From contig CBDBCF010000001.1 of NCBI GenBank assembly GCA_965202985.1, positions 2,240,001 to 2,304,000 on the forward strand: a stretch of DNA of 64,000 nucleotides, given 5' to 3'. The notes under the pieces were generated by a model. The model did not search any database. It was not told the origin of the DNA and saw only the letters and a program-made list of their open reading frames with translations. Every line of letters starts with the position of its first letter. The first letter of the stretch is position 1. Source of the stretch: Longimicrobiales bacterium. GTDB lineage: Bacteria > Gemmatimonadota > Gemmatimonadetes > Longimicrobiales > Gaopeijiaceae. Below, piece by piece: positions 38,406 through 46,598 of this stretch. Made by a program: the position numbers and the translations under genes.

Positions 38406-39097
38406 CGGTTTTCCGCGGTCGCGCCTTCCACCGTTCCGGCCGCCGGAATCACGAACGAGCGCAAGTCGTCGATGCGCTTGCTGATCTCGTCCGCTCTCTT
38501 TCCCGCGTCCTGGAACCGCTGGCCCATGAACTCCAGAACGCGAGCCTCCGAGTCCCTGATGCTTGCCCCGATCGCCGCGCGCGCCACCTTGTTCTCCTCG
38601 AACTGCCGGTCCATGGACTCCCTCACCGAGGCGAACTGCTGATCCATGGATTCGGTTATCGACGCGAACTGCTGATCCGCCGACTCCTTCGTCGAGACGA
38701 ACTGCTGGTCCGTGAACTCCTGCGCCGACGCGAATCGCTGATCCATGGACTCCTTCATCGAGGCGAACTGCTGGTCCACGGAGGCGAATCGCCGGTCGTT
38801 GGACTCCTGTGCCGAAGCGAACTGCTGGTCCATGGATTCCTTCATCGAGGCGAACTGCTGGTCTACGGAGGCGAATCGCCGGTCGTTGGACTCCTGTGCC
38901 GACGCGAAGCGCTGGTCCGTGGATTCCTTCATCGAGGCGAACTGCTGGTCCATGGATTCCTTCAGGCCATCGATTCGGTCGTTCACGCTGGCGATCCGGT
39001 CGTCCATTTGCGTGCGCAGCCATCGGCCCAGCGCGAGTCCGCCTGCGCCGACGATTGCGACGGTGGCCAACGTGTCCATCCAGATTCCCATTTCCAT
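38402..39097 (-). CDS. Membrane-anchored hendecad-repeat coiled-coil protein
   Basis: N-terminal TM, about 11 copies of (x)KESMDQQFAS-type repeats, terminal RIDDLR. Confidence 0.75.
   Translation of the reverse strand: MEMGIWMDTLATVAIVGAGGLALGRWLRTQMDDRIASVNDRIDGLKESMDQQFASMKESTDQRFASAQESNDRRFASVDQQFASMKESMDQQFASAQESNDRRFASVDQQFASMKESMDQRFASAQEFTDQQFVSTKESADQQFASITESMDQQFASVRESMDRQFEENKVARAAIGASIRDSEARVLEFMGQRFQDAGKRADEISKRIDDLRSFVIPAAGTVEGATAENR
38600..38962. repeat. Coding tandem repeat: 33-bp units with an 87-bp (11+11+7 codon) higher-order duplication
   Basis: gcgaactgctggtcca/ggattccttcatcga recur; near-identical blocks start at 38751 and 38838. Confidence 0.9.
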
Positions 39098-39301
39098 GGT
39101 GCTCTCCCTGTCCGGCGGACCGCTTCCGCCAAAAGGTAATGGTCTCGGCTCCCATGCGCCGCCGGCGGTGCGAATCGCAGTCGCCGTGGCGGGCTGGGGG
39201 GCGCCGTTCCGGGCCTCGTTGCCCGAGGGAGACACGATGCACCCGGAAATTGGGCGCTTCCATGTGTGGATCGGCCCGACTTGCCGGACGCCTTGCTCCG
39301 T

Positions 39302-40429
39302 CTATCTTCCGGCGGCTCGGATCTGCCGGTTCTTCAGCGCCAGCTCCACCAGCAGCTCCTCCAACTCGTCCTCGTAGCGCTCCAAGGGCATCTGCCCCTT
39401 GGCGGCGCGAAGCGTCTCGATCCGCGCCTCGATCTCCGCCTTCTCCTCGTACAGGGCCCGGACCTCCGGGCTGACGGAGGCCGCCGCCCCGCCTGCAGCC
39501 CCGCCGTCGCCCGCCACCCACTCGGCCGCGGCCAAGAACACGCGGGCAGCCAAGGCACCGTCGCCCGAGGCCGGATCCGGCTCGCGGCTTCCTTCGCCGT
39601 CGCCGTTGTCGTCCAGCACGGCGTGTTCGGTGAGGAGCTGATTGTCGCTCTCGTACTCGCGCTCCACCTCGCGTCGGGCATAGCGGAACGCCTCCAGCAT
39701 CGACACGCGCCCGTTCTTGTCCATGTCGGCGTCGTCGCCGGCGAAGGCGTCCACGAAGTGCAGGCCGAACCGGGTCAGGTTGCGCTCGCGACCGCTCCGC
39801 GTTGCCGCGACGATCGTGCGGTTCGGCGCCGAAAGGGGCTCGACGAAGGGGCCGGACGCGCTGGTCGTGTTGACAAGCGTTATGCGACGGCTCCCCAGTC
39901 CGTCCAGCAGAAGGGCGAACTCCGCCGGCGTCAGATCGGGACCCGGCACGTTGAAGCGGGCCTCGCCGTCGCGGAAGGTGCCGTGGCCGGCAAGCAGGAC
40001 GACGAGCTCGTCGCCGGGCGCCATGGCGTCTCCCAACCGCGCAAACGCCGACCGCACGTTGTCGCCCGTGGACCGCGCCTGGACGCGCGTCGGGTCCAGC
40101 TGCACGTCCTCCGCCAAGTAGATGATGCGCTCCGCCGGAACGCCGTACTTCTCCGAAGCCGCGTCGGCGAAGCGGCTCATCCACCCGTGAAACGCGGCGG
40201 TGTACCGGGGTTCGCCCCCGAGCCCGGCGATCAAGAGGACGTGCGTGTCCTGGACCGTCGATGGAGCCGCACTTCCGTCCGCCGGCCCCGCGCACAGCAA
40301 GAAACCGACAAGCGCCCGGCCGGCAACACGCGCCCCAAGTCGCCGGCTCATCGCCCGCCGCCTTGTCTCCGACCGCCTCGGGCCAGCCCTCGCGATGTCG
40401 GCGCGCTTCCCGCCAACCCCCGTGGTCAC
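39302..40429 (-). CDS. Caspase/legumain (C13)-like fold protein, secreted
   Basis: GTG 40429 (alternative ATG 40351), LLIAGLGG, LAGHGT, NTTSASGPF, AATRS, DMDKNGRVSMLEAF, EHAVLDDNGDG. Confidence 0.65.
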   Translation of the reverse strand: MTTGVGGKRADIARAGPRRSETRRRAMSRRLGARVAGRALVGFLLCAGPADGSAAPSTVQDTHVLLIAGLGGEPRYTAAFHGWMSRFADAASEKYGVPAERIIYLAEDVQLDPTRVQARSTGDNVRSAFARLGDAMAPGDELVVLLAGHGTFRDGEARFNVPGPDLTPAEFALLLDGLGSRRITLVNTTSASGPFVEPLSAPNRTIVAATRSGRERNLTRFGLHFVDAFAGDDADMDKNGRVSMLEAFRYARREVEREYESDNQLLTEHAVLDDNGDGEGSREPDPASGDGALAARVFLAAAEWVAGDGGAAGGAAASVSPEVRALYEEKAEIEARIETLRAAKGQMPLERYEDELEELLVELALKNRQIRAAGR

Positions 40430-42720
40430 GCGAGCCCCCGCCTGCGCCGATGGCCCCATTCGCCGGCCAGCAGCCCGGCAAGCAACAAGAACACCGCGGG
40501 CATGTCCCACAGGTCCCGCTCTTCGCGCACCGTGACGCCGGCTCCCGCCACTGCCAAGTCGTCGGGCAGCCGTACCGCCGTCTCCTTGGTATAGTAGCGT
40601 CCGCCGGTCTCGTTCGCCGCGCGCTCCAGCAGCTGCCGGCGCTGCCCCGGATCGCGAAACTCGTCCATGCCAGGGGCCACGCGCACGCTGGTCCTTGCCG
40701 ATCCCAGCGCCACCGAGTCCCGTCCAGCCTCGACGACGATCTCGTAGATGCCGTCGGCGTCGGGCGCGAACTCGGCCACGTACTTGCCGTCTTCCTCGAC
40801 CGACCACTCCATGCGCAGTTCGCGAGTTTCCCCGGCGGGCGTCGTGAGCCGGGCGGTCACGGCGGCCCCGTTGACCTCCAGAAATCCGGCGTCGCGCACG
40901 GTCGCCGCGACCGCTACCGTCTCGCCCGCTTCCACCGACTCGCGCTCCGGCGCCGCCTCGACCGGGTCCGGCGTCTCGGACACGGCCCAGCGCAGCAGCT
41001 GCCGCCAGAACGTCTCGTGACTCTGGTCCTCGAGCGACACGGTGTGGTCCATCTGCCAGAGCCACGTGTCCTGGACCGCCAGGGCCATTGACTTGCCCCG
41101 CCCGTAGCGCTGGAACGCCAACACGACGCGATTGGACCCGCGCCCGTCGCCTTCCACGACCGTCCCCGTCAGGAACTCCGTGGCGCCTGGTTTCAGGTCC
41201 TGCACCACGTTGGTCGTGGAGATCGCCGGCAACGAGTCCCAGCGAGCAGCGGACGCCTCCACCGAACCCGCGATCCGGGTCGCCGGGTGATGGGCGCCGG
41301 CCGGCGTGGGCGCGACCTTCACGAACCGCAGCCGCTCGGTAGGACCGCCGCCGCCGGGCGATTCCAGCACGACCGGAAGCACATCCTCCAGCGGCGTGCC
41401 CTTGTAGCCTCCTTCGGTGAACGACCTCCGGCCTCCCAGCACCAGCAGGGTTCCCCCTCGCTCGCTCACGAAGTCCCCGATCATCGCCAGCTGGTCGTGG
41501 GTGAAGAAGCCGGCTTCCACCGAGCCCAGGATCAGCGCGCGGTAGCGATACAACTCCTCGCGGGTGGTGGGGAAGCCGCCCAGCAGTTCCAGCGGATCGT
41601 CCAAGTTGCGGCGGAAGAACTTGTTCTCGGCGGTCCGTTGCAGAAGCACGACTTGAAGGCCGTCGTCGTCGCCCGCCGCCCGCAGCATGAACGCCACCTC
41701 GTGGCGCGGCTCGCCCTCGAAGTAAAGGATCTTCTCGGTCCGGTCGCGGACCTGCACCAGCGCGCGCAGCTCGTTGTTCTCCAGCACGCGCTCGCCCGGC
41801 TGGGGGGCGATCCGGAAGATCAATTCGCGCGCGCCTTCGCTCTCCAGCGTCACGGCCACGGGAACGACCAGCGGCTGCCCGTCGCCCGGAAGCGACACCT
41901 CCTCGGACGCCACGATCCGCCCCATGTCCTCCACGACCATTGACGCGCCCCGCCCGCGGTAGCCCTCCGCGTTCACCAGCACGTTGATCGGAAGGGATGT
42001 GCCCGCCAACGCCTTGGCCGGGGCGTCCACGCGGCTGATCTGCACGTCGGCGCCGACCGTCTCGTCGCCCAGCCCGACCGCGAAGACCGGCACCGACGCG
42101 GCCCGCAACGGCAGCAGCGCCTCGCCGACGGAGCCGTCCCCGTTGTCCCCGCCGTCGGACACGACCACGATCCCCGACAGGGGCACGCCCTGCAGCTCCT
42201 CTTGCGCGAAGGCGAGCGCCCGACCCATGCGCGTGCGGCTGCCGTCGAACGCAAGTTCTCCCGGTGCGTCGATCCGTGCCGGCGCCGACGAGTAGCGGAA
42301 GTAGCGGACCGCGAACCGCTCCGAGAGCCCCGTCGCAAGCGGGCCCGCCGGGTCGAGAAGCTCCAGCGCCTGCTCGGCCCGCGTGTTCCCGTCCGATCCA
42401 GCTATGGTCATGCTCCGGGAGTCGTCCACGAGCACGGCCACGAAGTTCCGCTGCGGCACGACCTCGGTCAGCACCAGGGCCGGCCTCATGACGATCAGGA
42501 ACAGCAGCGCCAGCACGCCGGCCCGGAGCGCCCCCAGAACCCACCGGTCGGCGGAGCGACTCTTGCCCCGAGCCGCGGCGTAGCTGACCACCGCCGGCGC
42601 GGCCAGCAGGACCCCCGCAAAACAGGCCGTCGCTATTGGCCAAGACGACAGGAACGCCAGGTCGCCCTCCTGAAAGACGACCAGCGGGTGCTTGAACAGG
42701 AACTCGAAGAGGCTGCTCAT
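40426..42720 (-). CDS. Membrane protein with VWA and glutamine-amidotransferase-like (DUF1355-type) domains
   Basis: N-terminal TMs, VDDSRSM, SDG, ILYFEGEPR, FVSERGGTLLVLGG, YGRGKS, FWRQLLRW, C-terminal TM with EWGHRRRRGL. Confidence 0.8.
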   Translation of the reverse strand: MSSLFEFLFKHPLVVFQEGDLAFLSSWPIATACFAGVLLAAPAVVSYAAARGKSRSADRWVLGALRAGVLALLFLIVMRPALVLTEVVPQRNFVAVLVDDSRSMTIAGSDGNTRAEQALELLDPAGPLATGLSERFAVRYFRYSSAPARIDAPGELAFDGSRTRMGRALAFAQEELQGVPLSGIVVVSDGGDNGDGSVGEALLPLRAASVPVFAVGLGDETVGADVQISRVDAPAKALAGTSLPINVLVNAEGYRGRGASMVVEDMGRIVASEEVSLPGDGQPLVVPVAVTLESEGARELIFRIAPQPGERVLENNELRALVQVRDRTEKILYFEGEPRHEVAFMLRAAGDDDGLQVVLLQRTAENKFFRRNLDDPLELLGGFPTTREELYRYRALILGSVEAGFFTHDQLAMIGDFVSERGGTLLVLGGRRSFTEGGYKGTPLEDVLPVVLESPGGGGPTERLRFVKVAPTPAGAHHPATRIAGSVEASAARWDSLPAISTTNVVQDLKPGATEFLTGTVVEGDGRGSNRVVLAFQRYGRGKSMALAVQDTWLWQMDHTVSLEDQSHETFWRQLLRWAVSETPDPVEAAPERESVEAGETVAVAATVRDAGFLEVNGAAVTARLTTPAGETRELRMEWSVEEDGKYVAEFAPDADGIYEIVVEAGRDSVALGSARTSVRVAPGMDEFRDPGQRRQLLERAANETGGRYYTKETAVRLPDDLAVAGAGVTVREERDLWDMPAVFLLLAGLLAGEWGHRRRRGLA

Positions 42721-42739
42721 CGGTCGGGGCGGCTTGCCG

Positions 42740-44428
42740 TCAGTGGCTCATGGCGTAAACGATCATGTTCACGCCCATCTGATAGGCGAAGGTGGAGCGG
42801 TCCAACGGGTAGTCGGGCTGCTCCGCCCACTCCCAGGCGTCGCCCAGGTCCGTGTTCCAGTTGATCATGACCATGAGCCGCCCGTCGTCGTCCAGGATGC
42901 CCTTCACGTAAGGCACGTAGCCGTCGCGCTCGCTGTACCCGCCGTAGTAGTAGCGGCGGTAGGCGGGCACTTGCAGGATCTCCTCGATGTCGTAGAACGT
43001 GCTGAAGACCGGATGGGCCATGTCCAAGTCCACGATGCTGCGGTTGGGAAAGACTTGTTGCATTTGGTGCTCGAACCAAAGCCACTCTTGCGTGCCCCAG
43101 AAGTCGTCGATGACCAGGAAGCCGCCCGCCTTCAAGTAGTCCCGAAGTCCCGTCACCTCTTCGGGCGACAAGTTCATGTACCCCACTTCCAATGCATAAA
43201 GAAACGGAAAACGCCGAAGCCGCTCGTCGGTCAACAGCACGGCGTTTTCGTATGCAAATGCGTCCAAGTTGGTCAGCCGTCGAAGCACGGTCAGGAACTG
43301 GCGGTCCGCCTTGGGATAGTCGGTGGCCCAGGCCCCCCGGCGTCCTCGCCCGCGGCCGAACGAAGAATAGGCCGCCCGAGTAAAGTAGAACTCGTGCCAT
43401 TCCTGCGGATTCGGCTGCCAGTCGGGCGACGGGGCCACAAAGCGGAGGGAGGCGTTCTCGGCGATGTGGTCGGCAGCCGTAGCTGTGGGGCCGGCAACCG
43501 TAGCCGCGTGGTCGGCGACCGTAGCCGCGGCGTTCGCCACGCCCCGGACCGCGTCGATCCGGGCCGGCGCCTTCTCGACTGCGCGCTCGGCTCCCGGAAC
43601 CCCCGACAACGCGATCCCGACCGCCGCCGCGCCCCCGGCCAGCCCCAGCAACGTCAGGACGGGCGCCGCCGCACCAGCACGCCGGCCGAGCGGCTCCCGC
43701 GCCCGCCCGGTCGGTGCTGCGCTCGCCCCATGCCGACCTTCGTCTTGCGCCCGCTGCCGGCTCCGGCCCTGTCGCAAACGTGAACGCTGCACTCCGCCCC
43801 TCCCTCTTCGCCTAGTTGCATGGACGGCCCGCGCCCCCAGCAGGGTTGCCAGCACCAGCGCCGCCACGGAGGGCCAGAAGGTGTCCGCCTTCACCTTCCA
43901 GAAGAAGTGGAGGACGCCCAGGCCCGCCGCAACATACGCCAGTCGGTGGAGCCGCTGCCAGCGCTTGCCCAGCCGCCGAATCCACCCCTTGGTGGAAGTG
44001 ACCGCCAGCGGAACCATGAGCACCAGCCCAGCGAAGCCGGCCGTGATGTATCGCCGCTCGACCACGTCCTCCACGATGTAGGCGAGCGCGAAGAGCTGGT
44101 CCATCCCCGCGTAGGCGACGAAGTGCACGCAGGCGTGAAAGAACGCGAACAGTCCCAGCAGGCGCCGCACTTGCACAAGCCGGTTCCACTTGGCCAAGCG
44201 CCGCAGCGGCGTGACCGCCAGCACCGCCAACAGGAACACCAGCGTCCACCGGCCTTCCACCAGAATAATCTTCTCGACGGGGTTGGCGCCCAGCGCGCCG
44301 CGTGCAAGCCCGACGGCCAGCCAGACCACCGGCGCCAGACCTGCAAGCCACACTGCGATTTTGAGCAGAAGCACCTGCCGGGCCGGGGCCACGACGTTGC
44401 CGTGGAGGAGCCGCCTTGCCGAGGCCAC
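42740..44428 (-). CDS. msrQ: MsrQ heme-binding membrane subunit fused in frame to a DUF4159 domain (start approximate)
   Basis: LGANPVE, TPLR, RRLLGLFAFFH, LAVTS, LGKRWQRLHRLAY, HFFW. With no stop, the frame continues through a linker and TM into WATDYPKAD, GGFLVIDDFWG, NTDLGDAWE, MGVNMIVYAMSH. Confidence 0.8.
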   Translation of the reverse strand: MASARRLLHGNVVAPARQVLLLKIAVWLAGLAPVVWLAVGLARGALGANPVEKIILVEGRWTLVFLLAVLAVTPLRRLAKWNRLVQVRRLLGLFAFFHACVHFVAYAGMDQLFALAYIVEDVVERRYITAGFAGLVLMVPLAVTSTKGWIRRLGKRWQRLHRLAYVAAGLGVLHFFWKVKADTFWPSVAALVLATLLGARAVHATRRRGRGGVQRSRLRQGRSRQRAQDEGRHGASAAPTGRAREPLGRRAGAAAPVLTLLGLAGGAAAVGIALSGVPGAERAVEKAPARIDAVRGVANAAATVADHAATVAGPTATAADHIAENASLRFVAPSPDWQPNPQEWHEFYFTRAAYSSFGRGRGRRGAWATDYPKADRQFLTVLRRLTNLDAFAYENAVLLTDERLRRFPFLYALEVGYMNLSPEEVTGLRDYLKAGGFLVIDDFWGTQEWLWFEHQMQQVFPNRSIVDLDMAHPVFSTFYDIEEILQVPAYRRYYYGGYSERDGYVPYVKGILDDDGRLMVMINWNTDLGDAWEWAEQPDYPLDRSTFAYQMGVNMIVYAMSH

Positions 44429-44448
44429 GAAGCCGCGGGGCCGAGCGG

Positions 44449-45387
44449 CTAGAAGTGCTTCTTCAGGTCCATGCCCTCGTACAGGTGCGCCACTTCGTCG
44501 GCGTACCCGTTGAGGAAGCGGGTCGGAACCCGGCCGAACAGCCGGCCCAAGGGCTTCTCGCGGGCCTGGCTCCAGCGCGGGTGGGCCACGTCGGGATTCA
44601 CGTTGGAGTAGAAGCCGTACTCCGACGGCGCCTGGGTTGCCCAGGTGGTCTGCGGCTCTTCGGCGGTGAAGGTCATGCGCACGATCGACTTGATGCTCTT
44701 GAAGCCGTACTTCCACGGCACGACAAGCCGCAGAGGCGCGCCGTTTTGGTTGGGCAAGTCCTTTCCGTACATGCCCGTGGCCAGCAGCGCCAGCGGGTGC
44801 AGGGCTTCGTCCAGGCGCAGGCCTTCGCGGTACGGCCAGCCGATACGAGGCACCCAGCGCCGCTCCGGCATCTGGCGCGGGTCCCAGAGCGTCTCGAAGG
44901 CCACGTATTCGGCGTCGGCCAGCGGGTCGGCCCGCCGAATCACGTCGGCCAGCGGGAAGCCCCGCCACGGCACCACCATCGACCAAGCCTCCACGCACCG
45001 GAAGCGGTAGACGCGGTCTTCGAGCACCGACGGTTTGACGAAGTCCTCCAGCGCGTAGTCGGCGGGGTTGTTGCAGAGCCCGTCCACCTTCACGGTCCAG
45101 GGCCGCGTGACCAGCGTGTGGGCGTTGCGGGCCGGATCCTCCTTGCCGAGGCCGAACTCGTAGAAGTTGTTGTAGCTAGTGACCAGGTCTTCGTCGGTGG
45201 GCTCCAGCTCTTGGTTGGCCAGCGGGTTCGGGGCGACTCCCGCTGCGGCCGCGTCGCCGAACCCCAGGAGCGTCGCCGCCCCGACGCCTGCGGACGCCCC
45301 CAGGAACGCCCGGCGGTCCAGGTAGACGCTCTCGGACGTGATCTCGGAGGAGCGGATGCGGTTCCCGGCGGCAACTCGAACGATCAT
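44449..45387 (-). CDS. msrP: Protein-methionine-sulfoxide reductase catalytic subunit
   Basis: [14 protein letters not shown] Tat signal, [51 protein letters not shown]. Confidence 0.96.
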   Translation of the reverse strand: MIVRVAAGNRIRSSEITSESVYLDRRAFLGASAGVGAATLLGFGDAAAAGVAPNPLANQELEPTDEDLVTSYNNFYEFGLGKEDPARNAHTLVTRPWTVKVDGLCNNPADYALEDFVKPSVLEDRVYRFRCVEAWSMVVPWRGFPLADVIRRADPLADAEYVAFETLWDPRQMPERRWVPRIGWPYREGLRLDEALHPLALLATGMYGKDLPNQNGAPLRLVVPWKYGFKSIKSIVRMTFTAEEPQTTWATQAPSEYGFYSNVNPDVAHPRWSQAREKPLGRLFGRVPTRFLNGYADEVAHLYEGMDLKKHF

Positions 45388-45467
45388 GACGGCTTCCTTT
45401 GGTGCGGCAAGGTTCCCGGGGGCGGTCCGAGGACGGGCGACGACCCACGGCGCGGCTCGACCAGGGA

Positions 45468-45497
45468 ATGATCGGCCCGGAAGCGGCCGACTGTCAA
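45468..45497 (-). promoter_or_regulatory. Candidate sigma70 promoter for the msrP operon
   Basis: TTGACA-N18-GATCAT on the minus strand. Confidence 0.4.
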
Positions 45498-45643
45498 ATC
45501 CGGGTGCCCCCCGAGGGTGGAGCGCGCGGCCAAAGGGCAAGCGCGCGGGCCAAGGGGCGAGCTGCCGGCCGGGCTGGGCGAAGCGCCGGGTTGGGGCAGG
45601 CGGTGACCCACCTTGTATGCCGCAAATCGTCGGATGCTGCATT

Positions 45644-45673
45644 TTGACTGCAATCATACTCATGTTATACTCA
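45644..45673 (+). promoter_or_regulatory. Extended -10 sigma70 promoter of the TA operon with overlapping direct repeats
   Basis: TTGACT-N16-TATACT with TG-n extension, ATACTCA at 45656 and 45667, ATG 6 nt after the -10 box. Confidence 0.65.
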
Positions 45674-45677
45674 AGCC

Positions 45678-46088
45678 ATGAATCCCAAGCGCCTTCAAGT
45701 GGTCGTCTCCGAGGCCGAGCACGACGAGATCCGCAGTGCGGCGGAGCGGGACCGTACGACGGTGTCGGCCTGGGTCCGCCGGGCGCTCCGTCAAGCCCGG
45801 GCCGCGGGGCGTCGGGGCAAGTACGCCGACCCCGAGGGTCGAGTCCAGGTTGCCGTTTCTGCCGGCGCGCTCGAAGCGGTCCGTGCTCGCCACGGGTTCC
45901 TGGACCGCGCAGCGGCTGCCGAGTACGCGGTCCGGCGCACCGCCGTGGCGCCCATGACCAAGGCCGAAGCGCTCGACATGCAGGGCGTGGGCTGGGAAGG
46001 AAACGTGGCCGGAATGCGTGCCGGCGCCAGCCGCAGCGACCAAGGCGCGGACGAGCTTCGCGACCTCTGGATCGGCGCCGCCGAGTGA
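45678..46088 (+). CDS. vapB: VapB-type antitoxin with two RHH-like segments
   Basis: KRLQVVVS..E...[10 protein letters not shown] and [14 protein letters not shown]...AAAEYAVR, then [12 protein letters not shown] (VapB/DUF2191-like tail). Lies directly upstream of a PIN gene. Confidence 0.7.
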   Translation: MNPKRLQVVVSEAEHDEIRSAAERDRTTVSAWVRRALRQARAAGRRGKYADPEGRVQVAVSAGALEAVRARHGFLDRAAAAEYAVRRTAVAPMTKAEALDMQGVGWEGNVAGMRAGASRSDQGADELRDLWIGAAE

Positions 46089-46119
46089 ACGGGCTGCGAC
46101 CGAGGAGCCGGCGGGTAGC

Positions 46120-46515
46120 GTGATCGTCGACACGTCGGCGTGGGCCGAGTACCTCGAGGGTACCGGCAGCCCGACGCACTTGGCCCTTCGCGCCCGCATC
46201 GAGTCAGAGTCGGCGATCCGCGTTCCAGCCCCGGTCGTCATGGAGCTCCTGGCCGGATGCGCAAGCGAACAGGCCACGCGCGACATGATCCGCTTTCTCG
46301 CCCGCTTCGACGCCCTGGGGACCCACGGCTTGACCGACTTCGAGGACGCGGCGCTGCTCTGGCGGGCCTGCCGACGGACCGGCCATCCCGTGCGTTCGAC
46401 GACCGACTGCTTGGTCGCCGCAACCGCAATGCGAACCGGCCAGCCGCTGCTGGTGCACGACCCGGACCTGGAAGCCCTGGCCCGGCACTTGGGGCTCGAT
46501 TTGGTCGAACCGTAG
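46120..46515 (+). CDS. vapC: PIN-domain toxin
   Basis: GAGGAG RBS and GTG start, [30 protein letters not shown]. Confidence 0.9.
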   Translation: MIVDTSAWAEYLEGTGSPTHLALRARIESESAIRVPAPVVMELLAGCASEQATRDMIRFLARFDALGTHGLTDFEDAALLWRACRRTGHPVRSTTDCLVAATAMRTGQPLLVHDPDLEALARHLGLDLVEP

Positions 46516-46516
46516 G

Positions 46517-46544
46517 TTGCGGAGGCGTGTGCGCCCGGTAGAAT
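46517..46544 (+). promoter_or_regulatory. Candidate sigma70 promoter for the DUF499 operon
   Basis: TTGCGG-N16-TAGAAT about 55 nt upstream of ATG 46599. Confidence 0.4.
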
Positions 46545-46598
46545 GTCCACCCGTCCTCGCGCCCGGACCTGCCCCCCAAGCCCGTAGCCCCAGCCCCC

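Noticed and set aside
38600..38962. Periodic repeat as a possible CRISPR array
   Set aside because: It has no unique spacers, the units are multiples of 3 inside an ORF, and no cas genes are present.
43812..43845. msrQ ending at the out-of-frame TAG at 43812 through a G-run indel
   Set aside because: The current frame gives the more MsrQ-like LLGAR..RRR tail. It is not fully excluded without reads.
45388..45560. GC-rich structured msrP leader as a Moco riboswitch
   Set aside because: Plausible by context, but I could not recognise the conserved motif elements; needs an Rfam cmscan.
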